This document shows, in pieces, positions 13,301 to 25,327 of a stretch of DNA of 64,000 nt. Within the stretch, counting starts at the first letter, position 1. The number at the start of each line of letters is the position of its first letter. The notes under the pieces are model-generated. The model saw only the letters and a list, made by a program, of their open reading frames with translations, made no database searches and was not told the DNA's origin. Made by a program: the position numbers and the translations under genes. The DNA comes from Mobula hypostoma (lineage: Eukaryota), in assembly GCF_963921235.1 (NCBI RefSeq), contig NC_086097.1:217498001-217562000 (forward strand), read 5' to 3'.

Positions 13301-15584
13301 AAACAGTCTTTCCAAGGGATGCAATAATTTGCACTTTTTCCAATACAGTGTACAGCATTTGTTGTTCACATTGTGTTCTCCTTGACAATGAAAAGACCAA
13401 ATTGCATGATTGCACCATACCTATAAGGGCAATCTTGCCTGCCGTTTAATTCCCTATTGCACACCCACTGACCTGTCCGTGCATCTCCTTCTGAAATATT
13501 AAAACAAGGCCTACCATAAGCTTGGGGAACAACATCTCATTTTACATCAGGGTTTGTGCAGCCTAATACCAAGTTGTACAACTTCAGGCAACTCGCTTTG
13601 TTTCGCAGCATACATAGAGGGAAATGGACAGTTGATGCTTTAGGTTGAGAGCTGAAGCATTGACTGTCCATTTCCCTCTGCAGATGCTGTCCAACCTGCT
13701 GAGTTCCTCCCAGAAGTTTTTTTTTGTTCCAGATTTCAGCATCTGTGCCAGCTTGTGTCTGCAACTCACTCAATGCCTGCGCTGTTTTGTGCACTTTATG
13801 CAGTCCTGGGTAGGTCTGTAGTCGTGTGTAGTTTTTGTGTTGTTTTACGTAGTTCAGTGTAGTTTTTGTATTGTTTCATGTAGCACCATGGTCCTGAAAA
13901 ACGTCTCATTTTTACTGTGTACTGTACCAGCAGTTATGGTCAAAATGACAATTTAAGAAGTGACTTGACTTGACTTTGTGTACCTGTTTCAGAATGGGTC
14001 TTTATCATCTATCTGTGACTAAGTTATGTCTCTGCATTATCACTGCCTGATCTGTTGGATATAAGCTGCAGCTTGGTATTTTGCAATTTTTACACTGCCT
14101 TTTCTGTATCCTTTTTCTCCAACCCTCTTAATTTCATTGTGTTGATAAACAAAGAACCATATTCTCCCTCGCTGGCTGCCCCCATTAACCCTTTGACTAG
14201 ATGAATTCACTTATTGCTTACCCTGAAGGTCATGTCCTATCAGTAATACTCCCATCCCCCTCTTCGCAACTTAATCCTAATTTATTTTCTCTCCTTCCCA
14301 GTTCTAATGAAGAGCCTTTCACCTGAAACATTAATTCTGTTTCTATCTGTAGATGCTGCCTAACCTGCTGTTTCCAGTATTTCCTACTTTTTATTTCAGC
14401 ATTTGCAGTTTCATGATTTTCATGACCAGATTGGTGTTTTATTTAGAAAGGAACATGGTTAACAAAACTTTATAACTGGTGTGAGAAGGTTCTCGTGCAT
14501 AAATTATATCATTAATACCAAAATATGTTCTGTGTTGAAGACTCGATGTGACTTTGTACTCTTGTACTTCCAGATACTCATTCCCACATCTCATGGGAAG
14601 CAGGCTGGGACTCAGTATACTATACATAAATACTACTTGTTTGTAGTCTGGAATACAGTTTCAATCCTTGTCTATCTGAACCCAATTTAGGATCCGTATT
14701 CAAGGCTGCAGTTTTAATTATATATTTCACGTACTTGTACATCATCACCTGTTGATTTCAGCTGTTTACAATTCATTTGCACTTATGAACCTGCCTTCCA
14801 TCTTCCCCAAGTCGTTATTGTCTACATTAATCTGTGATTGAGCACCTTCATATCTTATAAAGTCCTTACCTTTATTTTCCTTTTGTGCTTTTACCCTTCC
14901 CTAACTTTGTTACTTCCTTAAACTCGTCACTTATGAGATAACTGCATTCCTACAACTCTACTTCTGCACATCACTATTCTTTAGTTGCTTATTTGTTAGC
15001 TGTAGCGCCTTCAGCTGCCAAGGTGTGTCTGGAAATTCCCCCACCTTTTGTTCAAAGACATTCCTTTAAACAAACCTCACAACTGTTGAGCAATTGATCC
15101 AAATTTAACCTCCCTTGTTGAGTACCATGTAAAGCTCAGTATTAGAGATCATTGTGCTAGTTCACATTAAATCCCAGGCTGAGGATTAGTTTGTTCCTGC
15201 ACACAAAGAAACTTCAGAGTTGTCATTTTCATAGAATAATGACTGTTTCAGCATCATTATTCTGAAATCTGATTTTTAGCTCTGTGTAAGATCTTGTTCA
15301 GTCATTGCTGTGAAGCACTTGGAAAGTTTTACAACATTGTACAAATGCAAATTGTTGTTTTCAATGTGGTAATGTTTGAATTTTGATTCTGCTCCTCAGG
15401 GATTCAGCTGCACACCCACTGTAGATCCCCAGATGAAACTGGTCGATCCTGAATGCAGTGACACAACAACAGTGCAACATGCTTTCATTAAAAAATTATG
15501 TTAGTGAGCTAATGAATTTGGGTTTTTTTTGCACAATTAAAATTAGTTTCTCTAATGATTGCAGTTCCAGTTACCTATTTACAG

Positions 15585-16305
15585 ATTTAAAGAGTGCAGA
15601 GAAAATTTACAAGGATGTTGCCAGAACTTGAGCATCTGAGTTATTAGGAAAGGTTGAATAGGTTAGAGCATATGAGAATGAGGGTAGATTTGAATCAGAT
15701 TTATTATCACCGGCATGTGATGTGAAATTTGTTAACTTAGCAGCAGCAGTTCAATGCAATTCATAATCTAGCAGAGAGGAAAAATAGTAAGAATAAATAA
15801 AATAAAAATAATGAAAATAAACAAGTAAATCAATCACGTATATTGAATGGATTAAAAAAACATGCAAAAACAGAAATACTGTTTTTTTTTGAAAAAGTGA
15901 GGTAGTGTCCAAAGCTTCAATGTCCATTTAGGAATTGGATGGCAGAGGGGAAGAAGTTGTTCCTGAGTCGCTGAGTGTGTGCCTTAGCATATGAGGGGTA
16001 TAGACAGGGTAAATGTAAGTAGGCTTTTCCCACTGAGGTTGGGTGAGACTAGAACTAGAGGTCATGGGTTAAGGGAGAAGGTGAAATCTTTAAGGGGAAT
16101 ATTAGGGGGAACATCTAACTCAGGGTGGTGAGAGTGTGGAACAAGCTGTCAATGGAAGTAGTGAATGTGAGTTTGATTTCAACATGAGAAATTTGAATAG
16201 GTACATGGATTGTGGGGAGCTCGATGGGGCAAGCAGAATAGTGGTTCGGCACAGACTGGATGGGCTGATTGGCCTGTTTCTTTGCTGTAGTGTTCTGTGA
16301 CTCTA
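15585..16305 (+). mobile_element. CR1 3' fragment interrupted by a minus-strand Rex1-like 3' end (~15692-15985)
   Basis: VQRKFTRMLP codons at 15594, actagaggtcat and gtgtggaac motifs, CR1 tail near 16270-16305; the insert begins gaatcagatttattatcac. Confidence 0.7.
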
Positions 16306-16364
16306 TGATATGATTTTTATGGTTATTTCCATTTGGTTACTGCATTTGTCCACCAGTAAATTAA

Positions 16365-16660
16365 TTTATTATTTAGCAATGCAGCACAGAGTATGCCCTT
16401 CTGGCCTTCTAAGCCATGCCACCCTGGCAACCCCTGAAAACCCAATTAACTCTAACTTGATTGTGGGACAATTTACAATGACCAATTAACCTACCCAGTG
16501 TGTCTTTGGACTGTGGGAGGGAATGGGTGCACCTGGAGAAAACCCCACACATTCAACAGGGAGGACGTACAGACACTCATGGAATGACACCGGAATTAAA
16601 CTCCGAAGTCTGGAATACCCTGATCTGTAATAGCTTCACACTAACTGCTACAGCACAGTG
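16365..16660 (-). mobile_element. tRNA-derived SINE (HE1/V-SINE-like)
   Basis: Shares the tctttggactgtgggagg..cacctggagaaaacc core and the reverse complement of a tRNA-like head with the other SINE copies. Confidence 0.65.
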
Positions 16661-17069
16661 ATCTTCTTGATATTGTGGTGCTCAGTTGAGAAATACCATT
16701 TTTACTGAGCTTCCAACCCCCAAGTTTCAATGGGTAGCGTCACAAATGAATAACATGCATAAATAGAATTAAAATGCCTGGACTTCTGAAAATAGATTAA
16801 TAGATATTAGACTTGATAATTCAGTTTGTAGGATAACTGCATTTGAAGACTAACCTTGACAATGGAAGGGAACTTTAGGGACTTTTTGCAGCACCGTTTG
16901 CAGGTTTTTCTGGGGCTTGACTTTTGATGTGAACTATAATGGCTGCCCAGCCCATCAATCCAAGCTTGCCCAGAGAGATACTGACTTGCTTTGGACACAG
17001 GATATCTCTTCCGTTTTCCATCTGCTTTACAGGAACCTCAAATCAAATATTTAAAATTCTCCTTTCCAC

Positions 17070-17450
17070 TGTGTCCATCATGGACACTAGCTTTCCCAGC
17101 ATCCAGGACATCTCTTCAAGGAGCGAAGTCTGAAAAAGGCCGCATCCATCATTAAGGACAAACATCATCCACGGTATGCCCTCTTCTCGTTGCTACCATC
17201 ACGCAGGAGATACAGGAGCCTGAAGGCACATGCTCAATAATTCAGGAATAGCTTCCTCCCTTCAACCATCAGATTTCTAAATGGATTTTTGAACCCGTGA
17301 GCACTACCTCACTACTTTTTTTGCTCGACTATTTTGTGTGTGTGTGTGTGTGCACACTGTAATTCAGTTATTATTATGTATTGCAATGTTCTGCTGCTGC
17401 AAGACAACAAATTTCACAACATATGCCAGTGACATTAATTCTGATTCCGA
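17070..17450 (+). mobile_element. Rex1-like LINE 3' end
   Basis: ASIIKD..HP...LF.LLPS.RRYRSL remnant; tail acaacaaatttcacaaca...ctgattc. Confidence 0.75.
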
Positions 17451-17594
17451 TTTGCATTGATTCTATGCTGTTGAGAAACTTCTTTACTCTGAAAAGTAAC
17501 AAAATGCAGAAGGTGTCAGCAAATCTTCTGGTATGCAGGAGGAAAGTTAGTGTGGGCCTCTCAAATGATACTCACGAGGAATAGTGGTAAGTAT

Positions 17595-18370
17595 AAGATT
17601 TAGCCCATTTTGATTAAAATAGGATTACACATTGGCTTCATGGGAAAAACAGAGAGTGGTAGTAGATGGTTCTCTGGTTGGAAGCCTGAGACTAGTGGTG
17701 TGCCTCAGGGATCGGTGCTGGGTCCGTTGTTGTTCGTCATTATATCGATGATCTGGATGATAATATGGTAAATTGGATCAGCAGAATTGCAGATGACTCC
17801 AAGATTGGGGATGTAATGGACAGTGAGGAAGACTTTCAAAGCTTACAGCTGGATTTGGACCAGCTGGGAAAAGTGGCCTGAAGAACGACAGATGAAATTT
17901 AATGCAGACAGGTGTGAGGTGCTGTACTTTGGGAGGGCCAACTAGAGTAAGTCTGACACATTGAAAAGTAAGGCACTGTGGAATGCGGTAGAACAGAGAG
18001 ATCCATGGTGCTTTGAAAGTGGTGTCACTGGTAGAGTCGTAAAGAAACCTTTTGGCATTTTGGCCTTCATAAACCGATGTACTGAGTACAAGGGTTGGTG
18101 AGGCCTAATTTAGAGTATTGTGTGCAGGTTTGGTCAGTGAGAGTGTGGAATGAGCTGCCAATACTACTGGTGGATGTAGGGCCAATTTCAACATTTAAGA
18201 TAAATTTGGAAGGTTATGCCAGGCTATGGTCCAGCTGTAGGTCAATGGGACTAGGCAGATTGGAAGGTTATGCCAGGCTGTGGTCCAGCTGTAGGTCAAT
18301 GGGACTAGGCAGATTGATGATTTGACATGGACTGGATGGCCCGAAGGCCCTGTTTCTGTGCTGTAGTGTT
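17595..18370 (+). mobile_element. CR1 RT/3' fragment containing a 54 bp tandem duplication (18206-18313)
   Basis: [17 protein letters not shown] and VRPNLEYCVQ motifs; duplicated ttggaaggttatgccaggct..gactaggcaga. Confidence 0.85.
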
Positions 18371-18807
18371 CAGTGTCTCAGTGAGAAGGTTACATAGGAT
18401 GCAACTTTTTTTCTAAAAGCTTGGCAGCAGTTACATTTCCTTGATGGCATTTCTGATGACCTGCATATTTGGTAGAGTCATAGAAAAGTACAGCAAAAAA
18501 ACAGGCCCTTCGGGAAATTTGGTTCATACCGAACGATTTAAGCTACTCCCATCAACCTGCACTGGGACCATTATCCTCTATGCCTCTACTATTCATGTAC
18601 CTATCCAAACTTCTCTTAAACATTGAAATCCAGCTTGTATGCACCACTTGTGCTGGCAGCTCGTTCCACACTCTCACAACCCTCTGAGTCCCCTCATGTT
18701 CCCCTTAAACTTTTCACTTTTCACCTTTCACCCTTAACCAATGACTTCTAGTTGTAGTCCCACCCAACCTCAGTGGAAAAGCCTGCTTGCATTTACCCTA
18801 CCTATAC

Positions 18808-21039
18808 TCACAACACGCTGGAGGAACTCAGCAGGTCGGGCAGCATCCGTGGAAAGGATCGGTCGACGTTTCGGGCCGGAACCCTTCGTCAGGACTGTAG
18901 GGGGAAGGGGCAGAGGCCCTATAAAGAGGGTGGGGGGAGGGTGGGAAGGAGAAGGCAGGTAGGTTCCAGGAGAAAAACCAGTAAGGGGAGAGGTAAAGGG
19001 GTGGGGGCAGGGAGGTGATAGGCAGGAAAGGTGAAGAAAGAATAGGGGAAAACACAATGGATAGTAGAAGGAGGCAGAACCAAAAGGGAGGAGGTAGGCA
19101 GCTGGGGAGGGGGCAGAGTGACGTAGGGATAGGGGAAGGGAGGGGGAGGGAATTACCAAAAGTTGGAGAATTCTGTGTTCATACCAAGGGGCTGGAGACT
19201 ACGTAGACGGTATATAAGTTGTTGCTCCTCCACCCTGAGTTTAGCCTCATCATGGCAGTAGAGGAGGCCATGTATGGACATATCTGAATGAGAGTGGGAA
19301 GCAGAGTTGAAGTGGGTGGCTACTGGAAGATCCTGTCTGTTTTGGCGGACAGAGCGGAGGAGCTCGACGAAGCGGTCCCCTGATCTGCATCGGGTTTCAC
19401 CGATGTAGAGGAGGCCGCACCGGATGCAATAGATGACTCCAACAGACTCAGAAGTGAAGTGTTGCCTCACTTGGAAGTACTGTTTGGGGCCCTGAATGGT
19501 GGCAAGAGAGGAGGTGTAGGGACAGGGTAGCACTTGTGCTTACAGGGATAAGTGCCAGGTGGGAGATCCGTGGGGAGGGATGTGTGGACCAGGGAGTCGC
19601 GGAGGGACCGATCCCTGCGGAAGGCGGAGAGGAGTGGAGAGGGAAAGATGAGCTTAGTGGTGGGGTCCTGTTGAAGGTGGCGGAAGTTGCGGAGGATAAT
19701 GTGTTGGATCTGGAGGCTATGGGGTGGTAGGTGAGGACAAGGGGAACTCTGTTCCTGTTGTGGTGGTGGGAGGATGGGGTGAGAGCCGAAGTGCGGGAAA
19801 TGGAGGAGATGTGGGTGAGGGCATCATTAATGACAGCAGAAGGGAAACCACGATCCTTAAAGAAAGAGGACATTTGAGATGTCCTGGAACGGAAAACCTC
19901 ATCCTCGGAGTAGATGTGGCGGAGACGGAGGAACTGGGAATAGGGAATGGCATTTTTGCATGTGGTGGGGTGGGAAGAGGTATAGTTGAGGTAGTTATGA
20001 CAGTCAGTGGGCTTGTAGAAAATGTCAGTAGACAGTCTGTCTCCAGAAATGGAGACCGAGAGATGGAGAAAGGGGAGAGAAGTGTCCGAGATAGACCAAG
20101 TGAATTTGAGGGCTGGGTGGAAGTTAGAAGTAAAGTCGATGAAATTGACGAGCTCAGCATGGGTGCAGGAAGCAGCACTAATGTAGTCGTCAATGTACCG
20201 AAGGAAAAGTTGGGGAGCAGTACCAGAATAGGTTTGGGAGCACAGACTGTTCCACATAACCAACAAAGAGGCAAGCATAGCTAGGGCCCGTGTGAGTACC
20301 CATAGCTACGCTCTTGGTCTGAAGAAAGTGGGAAGAGCCAAAAGAGAAGTTATTGAGTGAGAGAACCAGTTCCGCCAACCGGAGGAGGGTAGTGGTGGTG
20401 GGGAATTGGTGAGGTCTATTATCCAGAAAGTAGCGGAGGGCTTTGAGACCTACTTCATGGGGAATGGAGGTGTATAGGGATTGGATATCCATAGTGAAAA
20501 TGAAGCGGTTGGGACTGGGGAACTGGAAGTTATTGAAGAGGTGGAGGGCATGGGATGTATCCCGGACGTAGGTGGGGAGAGACTGAACTATGGGTGACAA
20601 AATGGAGTCCAGGTAGGCAGATACAAGATACAAGAAGCTATGGGTCTGCCAGGGCAGTCACGCTTGTGGATCTTGGGGAGGAGGTAAAACCGAGCGGTAT
20701 GGGGTGTGGGAATTATGAGTTTAGTGGCTGAGGGTGGGAGGTCTCCGGAGTTGATAAGGGCGGTGATGGTACGGGAGACAATGGTTTGGCGGTGACCCCA
20801 GCATCTGCAGATTATTTTGTGTTTACGATTCGCTACTCTGCTGCGAAGTCTCTTCGAGGTATGCCTACCCTGAAGAAGTTTAAATCCTCTCTTCGATGGG
20901 AGTTCAGTGAGACCCTCTCTCACTGCTCCCCCTCTGTGTACGTCGACTGATCTTTTCCACGGATGCTGCCCGACCTGCTGAGTTCCTCCAGCGTGTTGTG
21001 AGTGTTGCTTTGATCCCAGCATCTGCAGATTATTTTGTG
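18808..21039 (-). mobile_element. Penelope-like element, second subfamily, 5'-truncated with an inverted terminal segment (20793-21039 on +) and TSD
   Basis: Minus ORFs FYLLPKIHK..PGRPI, FTMDIQSLYTSIPH, RYIDDY, VIYCIRCGLLYIGET; direct repeat tttaccctacctatac at 18792-18807 and 21040-21055. Confidence 0.95.
18862..18896 (-). ncRNA. Minimal hammerhead ribozyme motif, intact (subfamily 2)
   Basis: Reverse complement agtc-CTGACGA-a-gggt-tccg-gccc-GAAACGTC-gac. Confidence 0.85.
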
Positions 21040-22985
21040 TTTACCCTACCTATACCCCTCATAATTTTGTAAACCTCAATCAAATCTCCTCTCAGTCTTC
21101 TATGTTCCAAGGAATAAGGTCCTAGCCTATTCAATCTTATAACTCGGGTCTTCCAGGCCTGGCAATGTCCTTGTAACTTTTCTCTGTACTCTTTCAACCT
21201 TATTTATATATATTTCCTGTAAGTAGGTGACCAAATCTGTACACAAATAAGGCCTCACCATTGTCATATATGACTGCACAATAATATTCCATCTCCTGAT
21301 TTATGAAGACCAATGTGCTTGAAGCTTTCTTTATGACCCGATCTACCTGTGATGCCACTTTTAATGAATTATGGACCTGTGTTCCCAGAACCCTTTATTC
21401 TACCACACTCTTCAGTGTCCTACCATTCACTGTGCATGGCCTACCCTGATTGGTCCTACTGAAGTGTAAAACTTAACACGTGTCTGCTTTAAATTGCAAC
21501 TGCCATTTCCCAGCTGAAAGCCATGATAGCCTTCCTCACTGTCCACTACACCCCAGTCTTGGTGTCATCTGCAAATTTGCTAATCCAGTTAACCACATTA
21601 TCATCCAGGTCATTGACATAGATGACAAACAACAACGGATCCAGCACTGATCCCTGCAACACTCCACTAGTCACAGCCCTCCGGTCAGAAAGGTAACTTC
21701 CTAGAAAAAAATCTGTAAGATTGGTTAGAAATTACCTACTATGCACAAAGCCATGCTAACTGTCCTTAATCAGTCTGTGTCTTTCCAACTACCTTTATAT
21801 CCGAACACACTAAATGCTGGAGGAGCTTAACAGGCCAGGCAGCATCTATAGAAAAAAATACAGTCGATGTTTCGGGCCGTCAAGCTCACCGGCATGTAAT
21901 TTCCTGGTTTATTTTTAGAGCCTTACTTGAACAGCAGAACAACATTGGCAGTCCTCCAATCCTCTGGTATCTCTCCTGTTTGTCACTAAGGATGTTTTAA
22001 ATATCTCTGCTCGGGCCCTGGCAATTTCTGCACATGCCTCCCACAGGGTCTGAAGGAACAACTTGTCAGGCACTGGGGATATATACTCCTTAATTTGCCA
22101 CGATTAGCGAACACTCCTCCTTTGTAATATGTGCAGGGTCCATGAAGTTGATGCTGCTTTGCCTCATTTCTATAGACTCTGTGTCCATCTCCTGAGTCAA
22201 TACAGATGTGAAACATTTATTTAAGTTCTACCCCATCTCTTTTGGCACCACATATGAATTACCATTCTGATCTTCCAGCAGACCAATTTTGTCCCTTGCA
22301 ATCCTTCTGCTCTTAATATATTTGTAGAAATCCTTAGGATTCTCTTTTACCTTGTCTGCTAAGGCAACCTCATGCCTTCTTTCAGCCCTCCTGATTTCTT
22401 TCTTAAATGGTCTTCTGCATTTCTTATACTCCATAAACACACCATTGTTCATACCTGCTTATTCTACCTGCATATACCTGGTATGCAACTCCTTTTTTTT
22501 CTTAACCAGGGCCTCAATATGCTTTGAAAACAAAGGTTCCCGACACGTTATCTTTACCTTGTATTCTGAGGGGCACATACAAACTTTGTACTCCTAAAAT
22601 TTCACTTTTGAAGGCCTCCCACTTACCACCTCCTCCTGCCAGAAAACAGCCTGTCCCAATCCACACCTGCCAGATCCTTTCTGATATCATCAAAATTGGC
22701 CTTTCTCCAACCCACGGGCCAGACCTATCTTTTTGCATATTTACATTGAAACCAATTGCATATGATCACTAGATGCAAAGTGTTCCCCTATACAAACTCT
22801 GTCTCCAGCACTGTCTGATTCCCTAATAGCAGATCAAATATCGCGCACTCTCTCTTTGGAATTCTATGACTGTTGAAGGAAACTTCCCTGAGTGCACTTG
22901 ACAAACTCTATCTTACCTAGTTCTTTTACAGTATGGGATTCCCAGTCAATGTGTGGAAAATTAAAATCACCTACTATAACAACCT

Positions 22986-23210
22986 AAACAACAGGAATTC
23001 TGCAGATGCTGGAAATTCAAGCAACACACATCAAAGTTGCTGGTGAACGCAGCAGGCCAGGCAGCATCTCTAGGAAGAGGTACAGTTGACGTTTCAGGCC
23101 GAGACCCTTCGTCAGGACTGATGAAGGGTCTCAGCCTGAAACGTCGACTGTACCTCTTCCTAGAGATGCTGCCTGGCCTGCTTCGTTCACCAGCAACTTT
23201 GATGTGTGTT
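22986..23210. mobile_element. Head-to-head double hammerhead cassette (palindromic Penelope mini-insertion) with 13 bp TSD
   Basis: Minus cassette 22986-~23117 and plus cassette ~23118-23210; TSD actataacaacct at 22973-22985 and 23211-23223. Confidence 0.93.
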
Positions 23211-25327
23211 ACTATAACAACCTTGTTTCTTGCAACAGTCTGTGATCTCGCTACAGATTTGTTCCTCTCAATCCCTTGGAATGTTGGGTGGCCTGTGATA
23301 TAATCCCATTAATGTGATCGTACCTTTCTTATTTCTCAGTTCCAGCCATAATGCCTCTCTAGATGAGTTCTCCAAGCTGACCTTATTCAGCACTACCGTG
23401 ATACTTTCCTTGGCTCCTCCACGCCTTTAATCTCTCCTGCTCTGTTGTTTCAAAAGCAGATGAACCCCAGAATATTGAGCTGCCAGTCCTGCCCCTCCTG
23501 CAACCAAGCATAACTAATGGCTATAATTTCATAATTCCAGGTGTTGATCCGTGGTAGTTCAAACATCATGCACAACATAGTCTCCTTCTTCCCCAGCTTT
23601 GTGCGCATCATCTTCAAGAAAAGCATTTAGTAAGAGGAGGACATTGTCTTTCATTTGAATTTGAAAAAGTTAGAGATATGCAGTTGGTTTTAAGCAAGTG
23701 CAGAGATTAGGAGGAGGAGAGGAAAGCATAATGTGGAATGTTTGTGATCAAATGAAAGACTAATTTAATGACAACAGAGCAGTTGACAAAAGCAAAAGAG
23801 CATTATAAAAGGGTAAGTTTTGAAACCAAATATGGTGTATGGGTGTTGTGAAAAGGAATAGCAGAATCATTACCAACTATGGTAGTTGAAAGCAGTGGTG
23901 CTTTGTGATCTGAAATTATTGAATTGTGTCCGGAATTTTCAAGTGAGCAGTGGGCCAACAAACTGCCTTTCTAACCTCCCTTTTAGAATTGGCTCACTTA
24001 ACCAAGGAATCCTGCCAGTAAGAACTTGACATAATGCTGTGAGACCTTTCTGTATCATGCCTTGATAAATGCATGTTCTGTTGTCTGTGTTAGGGGTGTT
24101 GTAAAATCAGGCAGATCTGACAAAAGAATCACTTCCCATTCTGGGAAGTCATTGACTTGTTGATAACTGCTAACACCAGTAGTTTTGTTGCCGGAACTGG
24201 ATCTAATATGTCAAGGAAAACAAAGTGCCAGATCTAAAAGTTACTTATTGCTCAAGCTAGTGTTGTGCTCTGCTGGAAACAGTTTGGGAGATTGAAGCCA
24301 GAGCAGTAGAATAGGAAAGTGATGGAGAATTCAAATGACATGCAACTGGGAGCTTCTGCAAAGTTACTATCATTTCCTTTTTATTTTTAATGATCTGGCT
24401 ATATTTCAGCTCATCTGATATGCCAATTGCAATTTGTAACCCTACAGCCTTCAGTTGATTTTCTTTTTGATATTTTGTGAAAGCTCAACTTCCTTGGCAG
24501 TTTATTCCATACATTCACTAATCTTGAACGAAATAATAATTCCTGATCTATTTGCATTCCTTTTCAAAGGAAAAAAAAATTTTGAGTTTGTGTTATCTTG
24601 AATTAAGATAGAATTCATGTTGCAAATGCATCCTTTCTATAAATCCAAGGAACTCTATTTAATGTTTTTGAAAATAGCATTGGTATAAATTAAGCATGAC
24701 TCTGATTTGGTCTAATTTTTGCTTACAACAAAATTGGCTGATAGTTATTTCCAAAAAAAAGGTGCAGCGTTAGTGTTTTCGCATAAAGGCAACTGAAGCA
24801 AGTAACTCAGAAAATGGGAAATTGTTTCTTCCATTGTTTTACACTATGTTGTAAATCAAACCAACAAAAGCTGTTGGATTTATTTTTTTTAAGCTGAGTC
24901 TCTTGTATGTAAAGTATGATTTTGCTACTATATAGTTTTATCTTACTGGATGAGATGGAAATAAAGATGAATTTTTTCAAAGGCTTGGATGATTGCCCAG
25001 ATAAATCCTATTTCCTTTTTAAAAGTCAGGCCACATGTTTTCAAAAATGCGATTCTGCCAATTATAGAGGTCATCTCTTTAAACAGCTGTAGCTGTGCAA
25101 CAAAATGCCTTTAAATGTTTTCAGCATCATTTTAATGTGAGGGTGATATGATAAAAGTTGGTTATCCAAACAGATGACAGTAGGAAATGGTAGGACGTAA
25201 CCATTTTTTAAAAAAAGAGGCTGGTTATTTTAAATTAAGAATGTAAAAATTTTTTCTTGAAGGGTTGGTTAATCTCTGGAGCTCTCCACCCCTAAGAGTA
25301 GGAGTGGTAGAGGCTAGATCATTAGAT

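Larger units (their letters stand above)
18473..23555 (-). mobile_element. Long decayed CR1 LINE hosting several Penelope insertions
   Basis: CR1 ORF2 remnants (KENPKDFYKYIKSRR, FADDTK, endonuclease-region motifs) resume colinearly on both sides of the inserts at 18808-21039, ~21805-21880 and 22986-23210. Confidence 0.85.

Noticed and set aside
13640..14410. Very old cassette-like remnants (~13640-13750, ~14300-14410) as ribozymes
   Set aside because: The catalytic cores are mutated (TTGATGC, CTAATGA) and the stems cannot be rebuilt; fossil only.
20866..20910. CTGAAGA in the unique Penelope leader as a second hammerhead
   Set aside because: No downstream GAAA, closing stem II or NUH site can be formed.
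22986..23210. Palindromic inserts as MITEs or a CRISPR-like array
   Set aside because: The arms are unequal, junctions differ between copies, TSD lengths vary, the sequence equals the Penelope 3' end, and there is no repeat-spacer periodicity.
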